Of a stretch of 64,000 nucleotides of DNA, positions 26,725 through 40,261 are shown piece by piece. The position numbers were made by a program, and so were the translations under genes. The notes beneath the pieces were generated by a model, which was not told the origin of the DNA, searched no databases, and worked only from the letters and a program-made list of their open reading frames with translations. Every line of letters starts with the position of its first letter. The stretch's first letter is position 1. The DNA is from Leucoraja ocellata. Its lineage: Eukaryota. Where the stretch lies: assembly GCA_036785375.1 (NCBI GenBank), contig JAWMAR010000283.1, forward strand, positions 310,001 to 374,000, given 5' to 3'.

Positions 26725-27147
26725 CAATACAGCATGGAAACAGGCCCTTCGGCCCACCGAGTCCACGCCAGCCAGCAATTACCCCTGGACATTAACACTA
26801 TCCTGGGGTGGGAGATTGGTCCACCCTGTTTCAACTAATGCAATCAACCCGACGTGCACAAACAAATAGATCAAATAGAACAAGTTGAACTACAACTTTA
26901 GGCTGTGCACGCCATACACAAGAAGAACACTATCCTGTACACTAGGGGCAATTTACAATTTACTAAAGCCAATTAACCTACAAAGCTATATGTCTTTGTA
27001 GTGTGGGAGGAAACTAGAGTACTCGGGGAAAACCCATGTGGTCACATGGAGAACGTATAAACTCCATACAGAGAGTAGTCAGAATTGAACCCGGATCTCT
27101 GGCACTGCAAGGCAACAACTCTACCAGCTGTGCCACTGTGCCACCCC
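26725..27147 (-). mobile_element. HE1-like SINE carrying a nested 120-bp insertion
   Basis: SINE sequence resumes after duplicated AACACTATCCTG. Confidence 0.85.
26806..26925 (+). mobile_element. 5'-truncated non-LTR retroelement with AAG tail, possibly RTE clade
   Basis: Perfect 12-bp TSD AACACTATCCTG (26794-26805, 26926-26937); ends in caagaag. Confidence 0.75.
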
Positions 27148-28089
27148 AAACTCCATGAATATAGATTGGAGCAGCAATAACTTAAGGAACTAAGTAAGGG
27201 ATGAGATCCTGAAGGGTGTTCAGGAGAATATTCTCTTTTGGTGTGTTTCTGGCTGAATGAGGAAGACAGCATTGCTCGACTTGTTTCTGGGAAATGAGCC
27301 AGGCCAAGTGGAACAAGTACCACTGGGGGAGCATCTAGGAAAGAGCGATCATAATATCACGTGTAGAATAGCCATGGGAAATAATCTCAGCCTCTCTGAG
27401 GTAAAACTAATCAATTGGATAAAGGCCAATTTCATTGGCATGAGAACAAATCTAGGTTGGATGAATTGAATTCAGTGCTGGGCAGGCAAAAAGTGTAATT
27501 GAACAGAGGAAGCCTGTTAAAGTGCAGATGTTTCAGCCACAATTGAATTACATTCCCATGAGGGAAACTGAAGTCAGAGCTCAGTGGATGACCAAAACAG
27601 AAGTAGAGATTAAATCAGAACAGAGAAGAGAAGCGCACAGCAGATGCCAGGCTTGATGATGAAAGTGAAAACCAAGTACTTGCTCCACTTAGTTTACTTC
27701 TAATTTAGTTTAGAGATACAGCCTGGAAACAGGCCCTTCGGCCCAGCGAATCCACACCATCGATTACCTATACACTAGTTCTATGTCATCCTAGTTTTGC
27801 ATCCTACACTATAGGGGCAATTTACAAGTGAGACATTTATGGGCATGTGAAAAGATTGGCCACAAACATAAAAGGGAATCCAAAATATTATATGGGTAAG
27901 TAAATCAAAAAGTATTGTAAAAAAGGATCGTGGAGCTGATAAGATATTGGACTGGAAATTGACTCGTGGAGACGAAGGACATTGGCTATGGTTCCAATTG
28001 AATAGTCAAGGAGTAAAATGTAGCTCGAGTCTCAACAAAAGAAACTGTGATTGAGATTCTTGATGAGCTAAAAGTTTGTAATGAGAAGG

Positions 28090-28462
28090 CACTGGCCAAG
28101 CATAATCATGGATGAATCTCACCCCAGTCACTCCTTCTCCCCTCTCCTATCAGTCAAGAAGCACAGAAGTTTGAAAATGCACACCTCCTGATTCAGGGAA
28201 ATTTTCTTCCCAGCTGTTATCAGGCAATTGGACGGTCCTCTCACCAGCTCGAGTGCAATTCTGACCTTCCCACAACTATCTAATTTGAGACCTTTGAAGT
28301 ATCTTTAATCAGACTTTATCTTGCATTAAATGTTGCACCATTTATCCTTTATCTGTACACAGTGGACAGCTGGATTGTAATCAGGTATAGTCTTGTTTGG
28401 ATAGCACACAACAAAAAAGCTTTTCACTGTACCTCAGTACACATGACAGTAATTAACTAAAC
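28090..28462 (+). mobile_element. Rex1/Babar-like LINE 3' end
   Basis: Homologous to 18062-18432. Confidence 0.8.
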
Positions 28463-29410
28463 CAGTCTAAAGATCTGGTCAGGTTCCACCAAGTCTACAG
28501 TAACCATCGATCACCTGTTCACACAGGTTCTATATTATCCCACTTTCATATCTACTCTGTACAATAAGGGCAATTACACACAGCAAATTAACCTACCGAC
28601 CCTTTGGGGTGTGTCTTTGGGATGTGGGAGTAAACTGGAGAAACTGAAGGAAACACACACAGTCACATAGGTTGTAGAAGCCATTTAGCTTAACTCAGTA
28701 TGTTATAACTATAACCAGTTACCTTTACATTTTATCTGCCTGTAATTATGTGGGTGGGATTTATACGTAGTCTGAGACGTGTTTATGGCTGGGATTCTAG
28801 TGCAGACTCCCTAGTAGTTAGTTTAGTTTGAAGAAGAATGGGGGAGAGGTCATAGCTTTTGACCATGCACGAGCATGACCACGATTGAATTGAAATGTAC
28901 TTACACAAGAAGAAGTTTGGATGAATATCTTACTGGTTTTACTACTATAATAAAGAAACTATTAATCAAGAGACTGTGTTTGGAAGATTTATCTTTCGAC
29001 GGCATTGAATGTCTCGTGGAGAGTTTGTGGGTGCGTATCCATTATCTTCTGATCCCCTGTCTTCAATTAAAGTGACTAAAGGACTAAATCCTTGAAACGA
29101 TATTAAAATCTGTCGCTACACAGGTAAAAAGTGCAAACTGCGCACAGACGTCACCTGAGGTCAGGTTCGAACCCGGGTCTCTGACCCTGTGGGATGCAGA
29201 TCTACCAGCTGTGCCACTGTGCTGCCCCTGGGCTTGTTGAGCGAACTGTAAGTTGCAGAGGCTCTGGTCATACACTGCCAGACAAGTGATGGCTGAGCAG
29301 TGACGCTGCAAATATTACAGCCTTATATAAAAAGGGTGACCGCAGGAACTATAACCGACCGGGCAGCTTAAGATCGGATGACATTGAAGGTTCTGGCAAT
29401 AACAGTGTCA

Positions 29411-29700
29411 GTGCACAGTGGCAGGGCGGTGGAGTTGCTGCCTTACAGTGCCAGAGACCTGGATCCATCCCGACCATGGGTGCTGTCTGTATGGAGTTTG
29501 TAATTTCTCCCTGTGACCGCGTGGGTTTCTTCCGGGTGCCCCGATTTCACCCCACACTCCAAAGACATGCAACCTTATAGGTTAATTGGCTTCTGTACAA
29601 TTGCCTCTTGTGTGTAGGTTGTGAACATTGGATAACAGAACTAGTGTATGGATGATCGATGGTCGGCATTAACTCGGTGGGCTGAAGCTATATCTCAAAG
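29411..29700 (+). mobile_element. HE1-like SINE (further partial minus-strand copies at about 27705-27828, 28480-28670, 29120-29228)
   Basis: SINE head and body matches. Confidence 0.8.
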
Positions 29701-30527
29701 CTGAACAGTAATATTAATCAGACAGAATTAGTAGTCACTTAGGCAGGTGTGGATTGATGAGTGAAAGCCACATGGATTTATTAAAAACAAATCATGTTCA
29801 ACTACCGTGATAGGTTCATGTGATGAAGTTACAGTGAGTGTTGATGAGGGAAATGTGGTTGTTATGGTATATATTGATGTCCATCAGTCCATCAGGCGTT
29901 CGAGAGATACCACATAATAGGCACCTGATCAAGATTGAAGTCTGTGGTGTAAAAGAGACGGTGGCAATGGGAATGGAAAATTGGCCAGGTAATAGGAAAC
30001 AAGATGTGATCTATGAAAGATTGGGTCACAGTCTGGAGGGAAGTGTTCAGCGGAGTTTACCAAAAGATTGGTAACGGGACCACTCATTTCCTTTGAATGT
30101 AGAAATGATTTGGACTTGGGCTTTGTAATCATACAGGCAGGTTTTGAGGATTTGGGTCAATAATGGAGAAAGAACACTCCAAAGTTACAAATAAATTCAG
30201 GTTATTAAAGTATAGTGAAATACAGTAAAAGGTTTAGAAAGGATTAAATTAATCGCAAGTCTTCTGCTCATTCGGTCTTCACTGATAGGAGTGGCAGTTG
30301 GTAGCAACGTCCCGAATCTTCTGCACACTGGGGACTCCTTCACTGTAGCCTGGCGTAGAGAACTCGAGGGTCCTGGCACCATTCCAGTCCCAGCCCAAGG
30401 TGAAGTCCAGTGAGCTCGCTCACAGCATACACTTATATACTCCATAAGCCCACGTTTCTTCCCTAATCTACAAACAGCTAGGAAGGCTGCTGGTACATTC
30501 ATTAGTGAGGATACTGAGTATAGAAGG

Positions 30528-30985
30528 TGGGATTGCAAAGAATTATAGACGCAGCCCAGACCATCACACAAACCAACCTCCCTTCCGTTGACTCCATCTA
30601 CATTTCACTCTGCCTCGGCAAGGCCACCAGCATAATCAAGGACGAGTCTCACTCCCTCTTCTCCCCTCTCCCATCAAGCAAGATGTGCAGGAGTGTGAAA
30701 ACGTGTACCTCCAGATTCAGGGACAGTTTTGTCCTCGCTGTCATCAGGCAACTGAACCATTCTACCAACATCTAGAGAGCAGTCCTGAGCTACTATCTAC
30801 CGCATTGGTACCTCAGACTATCTTTACCGGACTTTACTTTGCACTAAACATTACTCCCTTTATCATGTATCTGTACACATTGGATGGTTCAATTGTAATC
30901 ATGTATAGTCTTTCTGCTGACTGGTGAAATGCAACAAAAGCTTTTCACTGTACCTCGGTACACGTGACAAAAAACTAAAGTAAAA
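30528..30985 (+). mobile_element. Rex1/Babar-like LINE 3' end
   Basis: LQRIIDAAQTIT..LPSVDSIY...KATSIIKDESHSLFSPLPS...RFRDSF. Confidence 0.85.
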
Positions 30986-30989
30986 CTCT

Positions 30990-31275
30990 GTTACAGTCGT
31001 ACAAGATGTTGGTGAGGCTACATTTGGAATATTATGAAGATTTATGAGGATGTTATAAGGTCCTGAGGACCTGAGCTTTAGGGTGAGGTTGGACAGGCTA
31101 GGACTTTATTCCTTGGGGCATAGGGGGCTCAGGGGTGATTTTATAGAGGTGTATACATTCATGAGGGGAATAGGATGAATGTCTGTTAACCAGGGTAAGG
31201 GAATCAAAAAAACAGGTTTAAGAACTAATGTGAACGGGGTTGCGAAATGCCCGTTTCCATGCTATCTCTCTAAAC
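30990..31275 (+). mobile_element. CR1 3' fragment with internal deletions
   Basis: ggtgaggctacatttggaatatt...aggggtgattttatagaggtgtata. Confidence 0.7.
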
Positions 31276-31971
31276 TAAAAATACTAAATATTTGCCTGGA
31301 AATTACTTCAATTTTTTGGGTGCTTAAGCTGATATTTTCTCAATATAATCCCATGTTAAAATTCAAGCACCCACAATGAGTTAAAGAATTTGCTGACATA
31401 CACTAGTTTCACCCTATATCCCAGGGGGAAGACAGACAGGATCATTGCTCAAACGCAGATTTGCACAAAACAGGAAAGGCTGTACCAGAATGAATCAAGA
31501 ACAAGTTGGGACCTGACCAAAGTATGCTAGTCATCTTGATTTCTTGCTTGATATATATCACAAGTAAAAGATAAAAAAAATTTGCATTTATATAGCACCT
31601 TGTCTCGTCTCTCGGGATATATGATGGATTACAATGGGGTACCTTCCCCGTTGCTGCATTGACAAATATAGGAGAAATTGCTGTTAGCATTGGGGCTGTT
31701 GACAGATTCTGATTCTGGCATTCTGCACTTAAAAACTCGTGGTGCAATTTCTCACATTTCCTTTGAATGTGGCAATCATACCGGCGGTACACCCATCTTG
31801 AGTGAACTTTGCAAACAACTTTTATGGAGAAAATGCAAGCCCAAGACTGTTAATAGACTTTGGAACTAATTCTCTGTGTCTATTATGTGAAGCACCACTG
31901 TAGCGATTCAAAATCACCTTTCTATACGTAAACTTGTACATTGTCATCGTTTGTACTTTAGTAACCTGCAC

Positions 31972-32275
31972 GGGTGGCCCAGTGGCACAGCGGCAGAGTT
32001 GCTGCCTTACAGCGCCACAGACCCAGGTTCGATCCTGACTACGGGTGCCGTCTGCACAGATTTTTTACATTCTCCGTGTGACGGTGTGGGTATTCCACGA
32101 GTGCTCCAGTTTCCTCCCACACTCCAAAAACGTGTAGGTTAATCTGCTTCGGTAAAATTGTAAAAATTGTAAATTGTCCTTCGTGTGTAGGATATTGTAA
32201 GTGTGTGGGGTGATTGTAGGTCGGCGTGGACTCGGTGGGCCAAAGAGCCTGCTTCCGCCCTGTATCTCTAAAGTC
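31972..32275 (+). mobile_element. HE1-like SINE, full length
   Basis: Head with ggttcgatcc B-box, body and tail. Confidence 0.9.
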
Positions 32276-32392
32276 TATATTTATGTAGGAAAACGCATAA
32301 TCATACAGTCATGATGTAGAGTACTGTATCTACCATATTTGGGGTCAGCCAAGAATGAGTGGAATGTTCTGCTATCCCATGGATCTGCCCAA

Positions 32393-32830
32393 AGAATAGG
32401 AATAGGAATATTGTCACATGTGACTAAGCACAGTGAGATTTTTTGCTTGCATACACAATGTATACAAATAGCAGCTACCTACGGCGCTGACAAAGTTATA
32501 AAGCACGCCGGCTCCCCCTTTTGTTCCCCCTCCCCCCTACCACAGCAGCTCCCCCACGTCGGGCCCCCATTGTCCTTTGTCCCCCCCCCCCCCCCCCCCC
32601 CCCCCCCCATTGTCCATTGTTCTTCCCCTCCCCCCTCATGGCAGTCCTCCCCATGCCGGGTCCTCCATTGTTCTTCCCCTCCCCCCTCACGGTGGTTCTC
32701 CACGCTCTCATGAACCATCGACCACAAGTCGACCCTCGAGGCATCGCCGCTGCCACTGCTAGGCTTCACCACCGCCGAAGCATTGGCGTCGCGAGGCTTC
32801 ACCGCTGCCACCGCCGAGGCCTCAACCCTG
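32393..32830 (-). mobile_element. LINE-tailed repeat with poly-C tract and internal tandem duplication
   Basis: attgtcacatgtg...cagtgag tail as in Rex1-like ends; poly-C at about 32581-32608; ccattgttcttcccctccccccctca twice; aggcttcaccrccgcc twice. Confidence 0.55.
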
Positions 32831-34894
32831 AAACTGGTGCTGTTGTTTTATTCTTGCCTTTCCCCATTGATAATTGCCCTTCAGTACTCAGTAGTGTGAA
32901 CCATACTGTTAGTCCTTGGAGAAACGGTTACTGATTCCTCGGCACTTTCCAGTAATGATTTGTGTGGTGGTGGGAAACCCTCGTAGAAGGTATTTCTCTC
33001 TGGATATGTTGCTAGCTTTGTGTTAACCTGTGTCAAAGAGTTCATGGCCACATAAAAGCATAACATAAGGAACAACACCAAAATTAAATCATTTCTTTGT
33101 AGCCTTCATGAGCCAGTTTTTACTTTTCAAAAAATACATTTACAACTCAAACCTGCGTTGGTTTAGAAGTGGCTCCAGGGATTCCTGCTCTGTGGGTGGA
33201 CCTCCCCCTTTGTGATTTGGCATCAAGTGTTAGAGCAAATTAGATTGTAGTTTGTTTAAAATGTACATCTGGCATTCCGCAAAAAGGCACTATTGGTGTT
33301 GACCTGTTATTAGTGTCAAAACTGAATGTATCCCAGCAACTAACAGGAGCGCAGAACATCCTAACTTTGGACCAAGAAATATGATACACCCTTAATACTG
33401 AGCAGTCCATCAAAAAGTTGCAGTAAATGAATAGGAGTACTCAGTCAGGCGCCGGTTTGGTGCAACAAGGCTGCTTAACTACGGCAGAAAGGGGGATCAA
33501 AACAACAAAGCTGTGCCTTGTCAGTCTCCAGGCTGAGAATATTGCAGCATGCATCCTACTCTTTCATTAAACCGGCAACCTTGTTTCCTGAGGAGAAAAT
33601 TGTTATGGTCTGAGTTATTTCATTCTGATCGGTTCATTGCATGGTTTTGGGACCCCTAGCCAGACATTGAGCAGCGACTGTCACGGGGCATTAAATAGTT
33701 AAACTGCTATAGGCCCACTCAATGTTATGCTGGAGAACCATTCACTGCAAGATTCATTGTGCAAAGGACCAGGGTGCCATGAACAATTGAATGGCGTCAA
33801 ATGTTTCTCCTGCACGTGGTTGTTCTGAGAAGTGACTGCCTTAGTTATGCTCATCTATGGCCAACTGGGTTTGGACTGATAGCAGTCCCATTACGTTCTG
33901 TTTTTTGGACTTCCAATCCATATTCCCCATCCCCCCGCCCCATTCCCACAATCATCTGAAATTCTGACCAGCATTTCACCGATTCCCTAGTTGATTCCAT
34001 AATTGTCACCTCCACAAATCTCCAAATACCCCAATATCTTTCACAAACACCTTAACCACTTAAATTAACAACGTCTTCCAACACTATTACACCCAAGAGC
34101 CCATTCTTAACCAACTTCCTACTAACCCAGTGGTGCTGGTCTCCAGTCAGCTGAACTCCACTCACCCTTGGACCTGATTGAGGTTGAATGCAGTCTTCCA
34201 CAAGCAGCCCTCTCTGGTCTCTGATTCTCTGATGCCACATCTGTTTCAAACCCCTCCCCAATGAGCTCCAATTGTTGCACCCCCACTAACCTTGGTTTGG
34301 ACCTTTGGATGCCACCGTGTTGCCGTGGTGGGAGCTATGACTGAGATGGTGTAATGTACAACGGGCATGTAGGGAATCACTTACAATGCACAACACCTTC
34401 TGGGTCATTGCTAGAGATGGGTATGAAAACGTGTATTAATCCCTTACCTCAGCGAACCAGGAGCGAATTCCTCAGCCTCATATTTGAATCTTCAATGAAT
34501 CAATGATGCTTTATTACCACATGTATCTAGGTACAGTGAAATTCTTTGTTTTTGCATACAATCCGGTGAAATCATACAGCAGACCTCACCTAGGCAGTAT
34601 ACAAAGAGTCGCCACATTCCTGGTGCCCACTAAGTTACAAAAGCTCTTCGAACAGTCTTATCTTCTCACAGCGGCGAACCAGGCTGCCACTGCACATGAT
34701 TGCAGGCACCCCACCCCCTGCTGGGTAACAAGGGAAAAAAGCACCAGGTTATTGAAATCCATTCTATACAACCCTAGAATAACAGTGATGAGCTTGACAC
34801 TCGTTAGAGCATACTCTCAAACTCAAATAATATTTAGCAGTTTATTGTGATTCAGGAGTTCTATTTGGATATGATGTATGGAGAAAAAAGATAC

Positions 34895-35240
34895 GTAGAA
34901 ACAAATAACTGCAGATGCTAGTTTGCAAAAGAAGACTGAATATACTGGAGTAACTCAGCGGGTCAGATAGCATCTCTGGAGAACATGGATAGGTGACTTT
35001 TCAGGTCGGGACTCTTCTTCAGACTGATTGTCGATGGGTGGGAAAAGAAAGCGGGAAGAAAGGAGGAGCAGGACAACGCATGGCAGGTAATAGGTTAGAG
35101 ATGAAAAGACAAGGTGTGAGACAAAGAGACAAAGGCTAGAGGAAGGCATATTGGTGGAACGGGAGTGGGACAGAAGAAACAGGTGTAAGTCCAGAAGGGA
35201 GAGGGGGGAGAGTGGAGGGGGGTGGAGGAGAATGGAAGCC
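34895..35240 (-). mobile_element. Penelope-derived terminal repeat
   Basis: Minus strand caatcagtctgaagaagagtcccgacctgaaaagtcacc...gagttactccag. Confidence 0.78.
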
Positions 35241-36041
35241 AACTGCTAAGCTCTCTTCTTCTGACAGAGTTGCAATCCAATAACCTATCTAGTGAACCTT
35301 TGCTGCACTCTCTCCGTCGCAAGCATTTCCTTCTGTTATATAAGGAGACCAAAACTGTGTAGAATACTCCAGGTGTGTTATCACCAAAACCTTATATAAA
35401 TGTAGAAGGGCATATTTCTTAAATGTGATGTGACAATTTGGCATATTATTCCTTTTTCTCTTGGGAAACAGGGAAAATGGAATCCACATTTTGGATTCCT
35501 GATCGACCTGAGCTATCTTGTCAAAGTGACTGAAATCACTCACATGAGGGTGCTCGGCCACGGGAAGAGGAAAATTAAATGGTGCAGAGCAAAATAATAC
35601 CTTCCAGAGAGAATGTTTCCATTGGATTTATCTATAAAGATTGAATCAACTGTCAACAGGCACACAAGCGTTCAACTTAGTTTCTAATATGGACAACTAT
35701 ATGGTCCATATTGGCCAACTATAAGAACCACATAGTTGACCATAATAGTTGCATGGTCTACTATGAGGTAGGGCTCGGAATCGGCCAGGAAAGCCCTCAA
35801 GGCACCTGCACCATTTGGTAGGATCGTAGCTGGTATGATCTAAGTTCCATTGCCCGTCTGATCCCTTTAAACCTTGAGTCCGCCATAATCAAAAGTCTTA
35901 TTTATAAAAGTTGAACAGTTCACCCCTAAAATTATGCATCTTTAACATGTGGAGTCCCAACTCTTTTAGCCTGTCTTGCTAGGTAGGATGCTTATTTATG
36001 CAGCCTATCTGTTCAGACTACAGGAAACTACAGGATTACTT

Positions 36042-36300
36042 GGGGTGGCACAACGGCGCAGTGGCAGAGCTGCTGCCTGACAACCCGGGTTTGATCCTGA
36101 CTACGGGTGCTGTCTGTGTAGAGCTTGTACGTTTGCCCTGTGACCGCATGGGCTTCCTCCGGGTCCTCCGGTTTTCTCCCACACTCCAAAGACGTGCAGG
36201 TTTGTAGGTTAATTGGCTTTGATAAAAATTGTCCCTAGTGTGTAGGATAGTGTTAGTGTATGGCCTGTTTCCGCACTGTATCTTTTAAGTTTTAAAGTCT
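36042..36300 (+). mobile_element. HE1-like SINE
   Basis: Head, body and shortened tail. Confidence 0.85.
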
Positions 36301-38039
36301 AAAGAAAATTGCAAGGCAAGTTTGTGACAACAGATTGTTGGACGTATTGGATGGCATGGATATAACAAATAGGGGAATTTGGATCAATCTCATTGGAGTT
36401 CTCCAAATGTTTGTGAAATAATTTACAAGGATGGACATTTGGAAAGGCTGTCCACTCTGCACAATAATATTTCTGAGTCTGGATATTCCTAATTCTCAAA
36501 AAATTCTCCAAGAAGCAGCAAGAAGGATTAAGTTGACAGGTGCAGCCATCTCCAGAGGCTGTTAAATCTGCAAATAATATTTGCATGTCATTTTGGTTTG
36601 AACTGCATTTAGGCCTGTTCAGTAGAAAATTTACCAAAAAAATCAATAATTCTTTCACTTTCCTTCAACTTCGAACATTTCAATTTTAGTGTAACAAGAA
36701 ATCAGCTTGCGTTAACATTTAACATGATCAGTTAACATTTTTGCTTACCATAGATTTGAACAGTGCTGTTTAAAATATCAAAGCACATCGGTTTAAGCTG
36801 TTCATTCTGTGATAGAACTTAATTAACATAGTATTTGTAGGCTGGATTCCGGTTATCAGCAAGATTTGACAAACCGGTTAAACAACTAGTTTGGGAAGAG
36901 GGTTTGTTTAAGAAGTGACTATCTAATTTGGGCTCTGTTCCAGATAAATAAGGTTTGGCTAAAAAAAGTTTTCTCATGGCAAGATTGCTAAAAATAAGAG
37001 CATGTTGCCAGGTGTGGTGTGGAGTCAGTGAAGCAGAAAACAGGGTTGTAGGAGATTTAAGTTCAATAAAGGTTGGGCACAAATGTATGGGAATGTTAAC
37101 CCTACATACAGAGAAAGGCACCATACAGATTTGTGTGTTCCTTTTTAATGGTAATGGCAGAGGAACTATTAGTGTTGTCAAGATCATTTGGTGAATACAT
37201 TAAACATGAGGATATGGAAACTTTTCAGTATTATGGTTTTGGAAGTTGGCCTTACAAATTTTGTCCCGTATTTTAAAATTGCTCCATTTACCTTTGTACA
37301 TCAGTAAAACATTTTTTAAATCTCTGCATGTTAAATGAGCCTCTGTTGGTACTAATGTAAACATTCTGATGAGTATCCAAAGATATGACCTCCATGTGAC
37401 CCCTTAACCTTGCCTGTAATTATTTGTTTGAAGACAGTATGAAGTTCTCATGCTGAGAGGGACTATAATGGTTTGCAGCTCTGTGTGCAATTGTGTACAA
37501 GGGGAGCAAGAGAGACTTTATAATAAGGAGACTACCAGATGTAAATAATAAAAATGGTTGGGGGTAAAAAGAAAAACCTAGTAATTTAGTCCAGCCCATT
37601 ACACAGAGTACGCCAGGGAGAAATGAATGGGGGAAGGGTGAGAGGAGAGGGTGCATTACTTAGTGATGTGATATAGGAGCACATGAAGCGCTCCTCATCT
37701 GGAGGGTTTTTTTGTTCCCCATGTGCCCACACCATTAGTGGCTCTTGGGAGGAGAGAAAACAGTCTTATCTGCCTGGTCTGATAATCTCAATTGGCCATA
37801 TTTTGATTGATAAAAGGGAGTGTGGCTACAGAGCTTTGAATCAACTCCCAAAGGGACACAACACATTAGCCTGCTAGTGAGTCTCGTACATGAAGAAGGT
37901 TGCTATGCTCAAGATCGGAGGTGTTATTTATACCATGCCTACAACTCTTTGAGCACTAGTAAAACTTCTTCCTGCTAAAAAAAATAACCGTTTCTCAATG
38001 TTCTCAATAAAATATAAAGAATATTTTTTTAAAGACCAA

Positions 38040-38387
38040 AGCTCTGGACAATATGTTTCCGCTAGTGGGACAGTCTGGGACCAGAGGCCACAACCTCCAA
38101 ATAAAAGGACATACCTTTGGAAGGGAGATGAGGAGGAATTTCTTTAGTCAGAGGGTGGTGAATCTGTGGAATTAATTGCCAGAGACGGCTGTGGAGGCCA
38201 AATCAATGGATATTTTTCAGTCAGAGATTGACATAGTCTTAATTAGTAAGGGTGTCCGGGGTTATGGGGAGAAGGCAAGAGAATGGGGTTGAGAGGGAAA
38301 GAAAGATCAGCCAGTATTGAATGGCGGAGTAGACTTGATGGGCCGAATGGCCTAATTCTGCTCCTATAATTTATGAATTTATGAACT
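38040..38387 (+). mobile_element. CR1 LINE 3' fragment
   Basis: Homologous to 23733-24066 and inverted to 5183-5537. Confidence 0.88.
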
Positions 38388-38509
38388 CTTCAGATGCAAG
38401 AAACCTGTTGGATTTTACAGCATGGGTCTAGCTTTCAGATAATCACACACCAGTGTGCTTTACTGTTCCTGCTGTTTCAAATCAAAACTTCAAGCATGTC
38501 CTGTGTTAA

Positions 38510-40255
38510 TCAAGGCAACAGCAACAATATATGGCACCTTTCACATAACAAAATTTCCAATTCACTTCACAGGACCTAACAACTTAGGGAGAGACTCCAG
38601 AACAAGATACCAGAAGCTTGTTCAAACACATATATAGGTTTCAAGGAAGGTCTCAATAGATTCCACAAGGGATTTCAAAACTTAGAGCATTGACAGTTGA
38701 AGGCATGACAACTATTTGTGGAGCAATTAAGTTTGGGGATGACCAAGGGGCAAAAATTGAAAGAGCACACATTCATCATAGGACTTTCGAAATGGATGAG
38801 ATTACAGATGTAGGAAGGATTAAGGGTATTGAAGAATTTGCATATAAGGATAAGAACTTTACAATTGAGGCATTGCACAGCCAGGAGCTAATGCCTGAAT
38901 AGGGATATTGAGCAAACGGGACTTGTCTGTACGACAACATTAGGTAATAGAACTTTGGATGAACTAATTTCTGGAGGTTAGAACAAGGAATAATGGACAG
39001 GAATGTGATATTCAAGTTTACAATTCGAGGTTACAAATGAGGATTTGAAGACTGTGCAGAAGAGGTTTATCAGAGTGCTACCTGGATTGGAAGGTATTAG
39101 CTATAAGGGTTGATAGGACAAACTTGGTTTGCTTTCTCTGGAGCATCGGAGGCTGAGGGGAGACCTGATAGAAGTTTATAAAATTCTGAGTGGCATACAG
39201 TATAGTGGACAGGGTAGATAGTCAGAACCTTTTTCCCCAGCATGGAAGTGTCAAAGACTAGACGGCATATTTTTAAGGTGGGAGGGAACATGGTTAAAGG
39301 AAATGTGTGGGGCAGGCTTTTTACACAAGGAGTGGTGGGTGCCCTGAAAGTACTGCCAGGGGTGAAGAGGCAGAGACAATAGTGGCGTTTAAGAGGCTTT
39401 TGGATAGGCAGATGAATATGCAGGTAATGGACGGATATGAGTTATGTGCAGGCAAGGAGATTAGGGCTTGTTCCTGTGCTCTACTGTTCTATGTTCTAAG
39501 GAACAATGTGAGTGAGCTGAGGCAGAGATCGAGTCGACCAGTGAATTCTGTTGAATACATTGCTACAGACGGCAGTGGAGGCCAAGTCATTGGGTATTTT
39601 TAGAGCGGAGATTGACAGGTTCCTGATTAGTAAGGGCGTCAAAGGTTGCGGGGAGAAGGCAGGAGAATGGGGTTGAGAGGGAAAAATAGATCAGCCATGA
39701 GTGAATGGTGGAGCAGACTCGATGGGCCGAACAAATGGCTTAATTCTGCTTGCATGTCTTATGATTTCATGAGTGTTAAGGAGGTGGAATAGTTAGTCTA
39801 GTTGATGGCAAAGATGCAGCTGGACAGTCGTCTCGAGAGGCATCATGATTGCAAACATTGTCCAGGTAGTGCCTGAATTAAAGTTTTCCGACTGGAGTCA
39901 AAGATGGACTTCAAAGCTCGGAAAATTGAGGTGGAGGAAATTGTGATGTGATCCAGGATATTGGATAACCGCACTGATAACTGAAAGGCAAGAGAGGTAA
40001 GGGTGAGGAGGAGATGATTGTTCTCAATGAATGCATGGAAACAGACCCCTTGCCTCCAGATGATGCCATCAGGGGGTCAATAAGAAATAGGCGAAGAACA
40101 AAAATAGCTACTTAGGTCACGGAAGTAACAGTGTGGGCACACAATCATTATAGGTGTTCCTCTGCTTATAAATAGAGATACAAGAATGGAATTCGATTGA
40201 ACATGGGTTAAAGGGAAATGGTGTCAATTCTGTCAAAGGTCAAGAAAAGGGAAGG
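38510..40255 (-). mobile_element. Old L2 LINE fragment interrupted by two plus-strand CR1 3' fragments (about 39045-39500 and 39540-39770)
   Basis: 38675-38878 minus strand KVLILICKFFNTLNPSYICNLI...LVIPK...HAFN resembles the L2 ORF2 C-terminus (KIL.L.FK.L..LAP.YL..LL...RAFS); CR1 motifs in between. Confidence 0.65.
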
Positions 40256-40261
40256 ACAGTG

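Larger units (their letters stand above)
27150..30130 (+). mobile_element. Fragmented CR1 ORF2 (endonuclease to RT) with nested SINE and Rex1-like insertions
   Basis: LLDLFLGNEPGQVEQVPLGEHLGKSDHN at 27257-27469 (APE endonuclease end); HGFIKNKSC and IPHNRHLIKIEVCGV...ENWPGNRKQ at about 29770-30010. Confidence 0.8.

Noticed and set aside
32339-32934. Overlapping Pro- and Gly-rich ORFs
   Set aside because: Produced by a poly-C tract and GC-rich repeat sequence lacking stops
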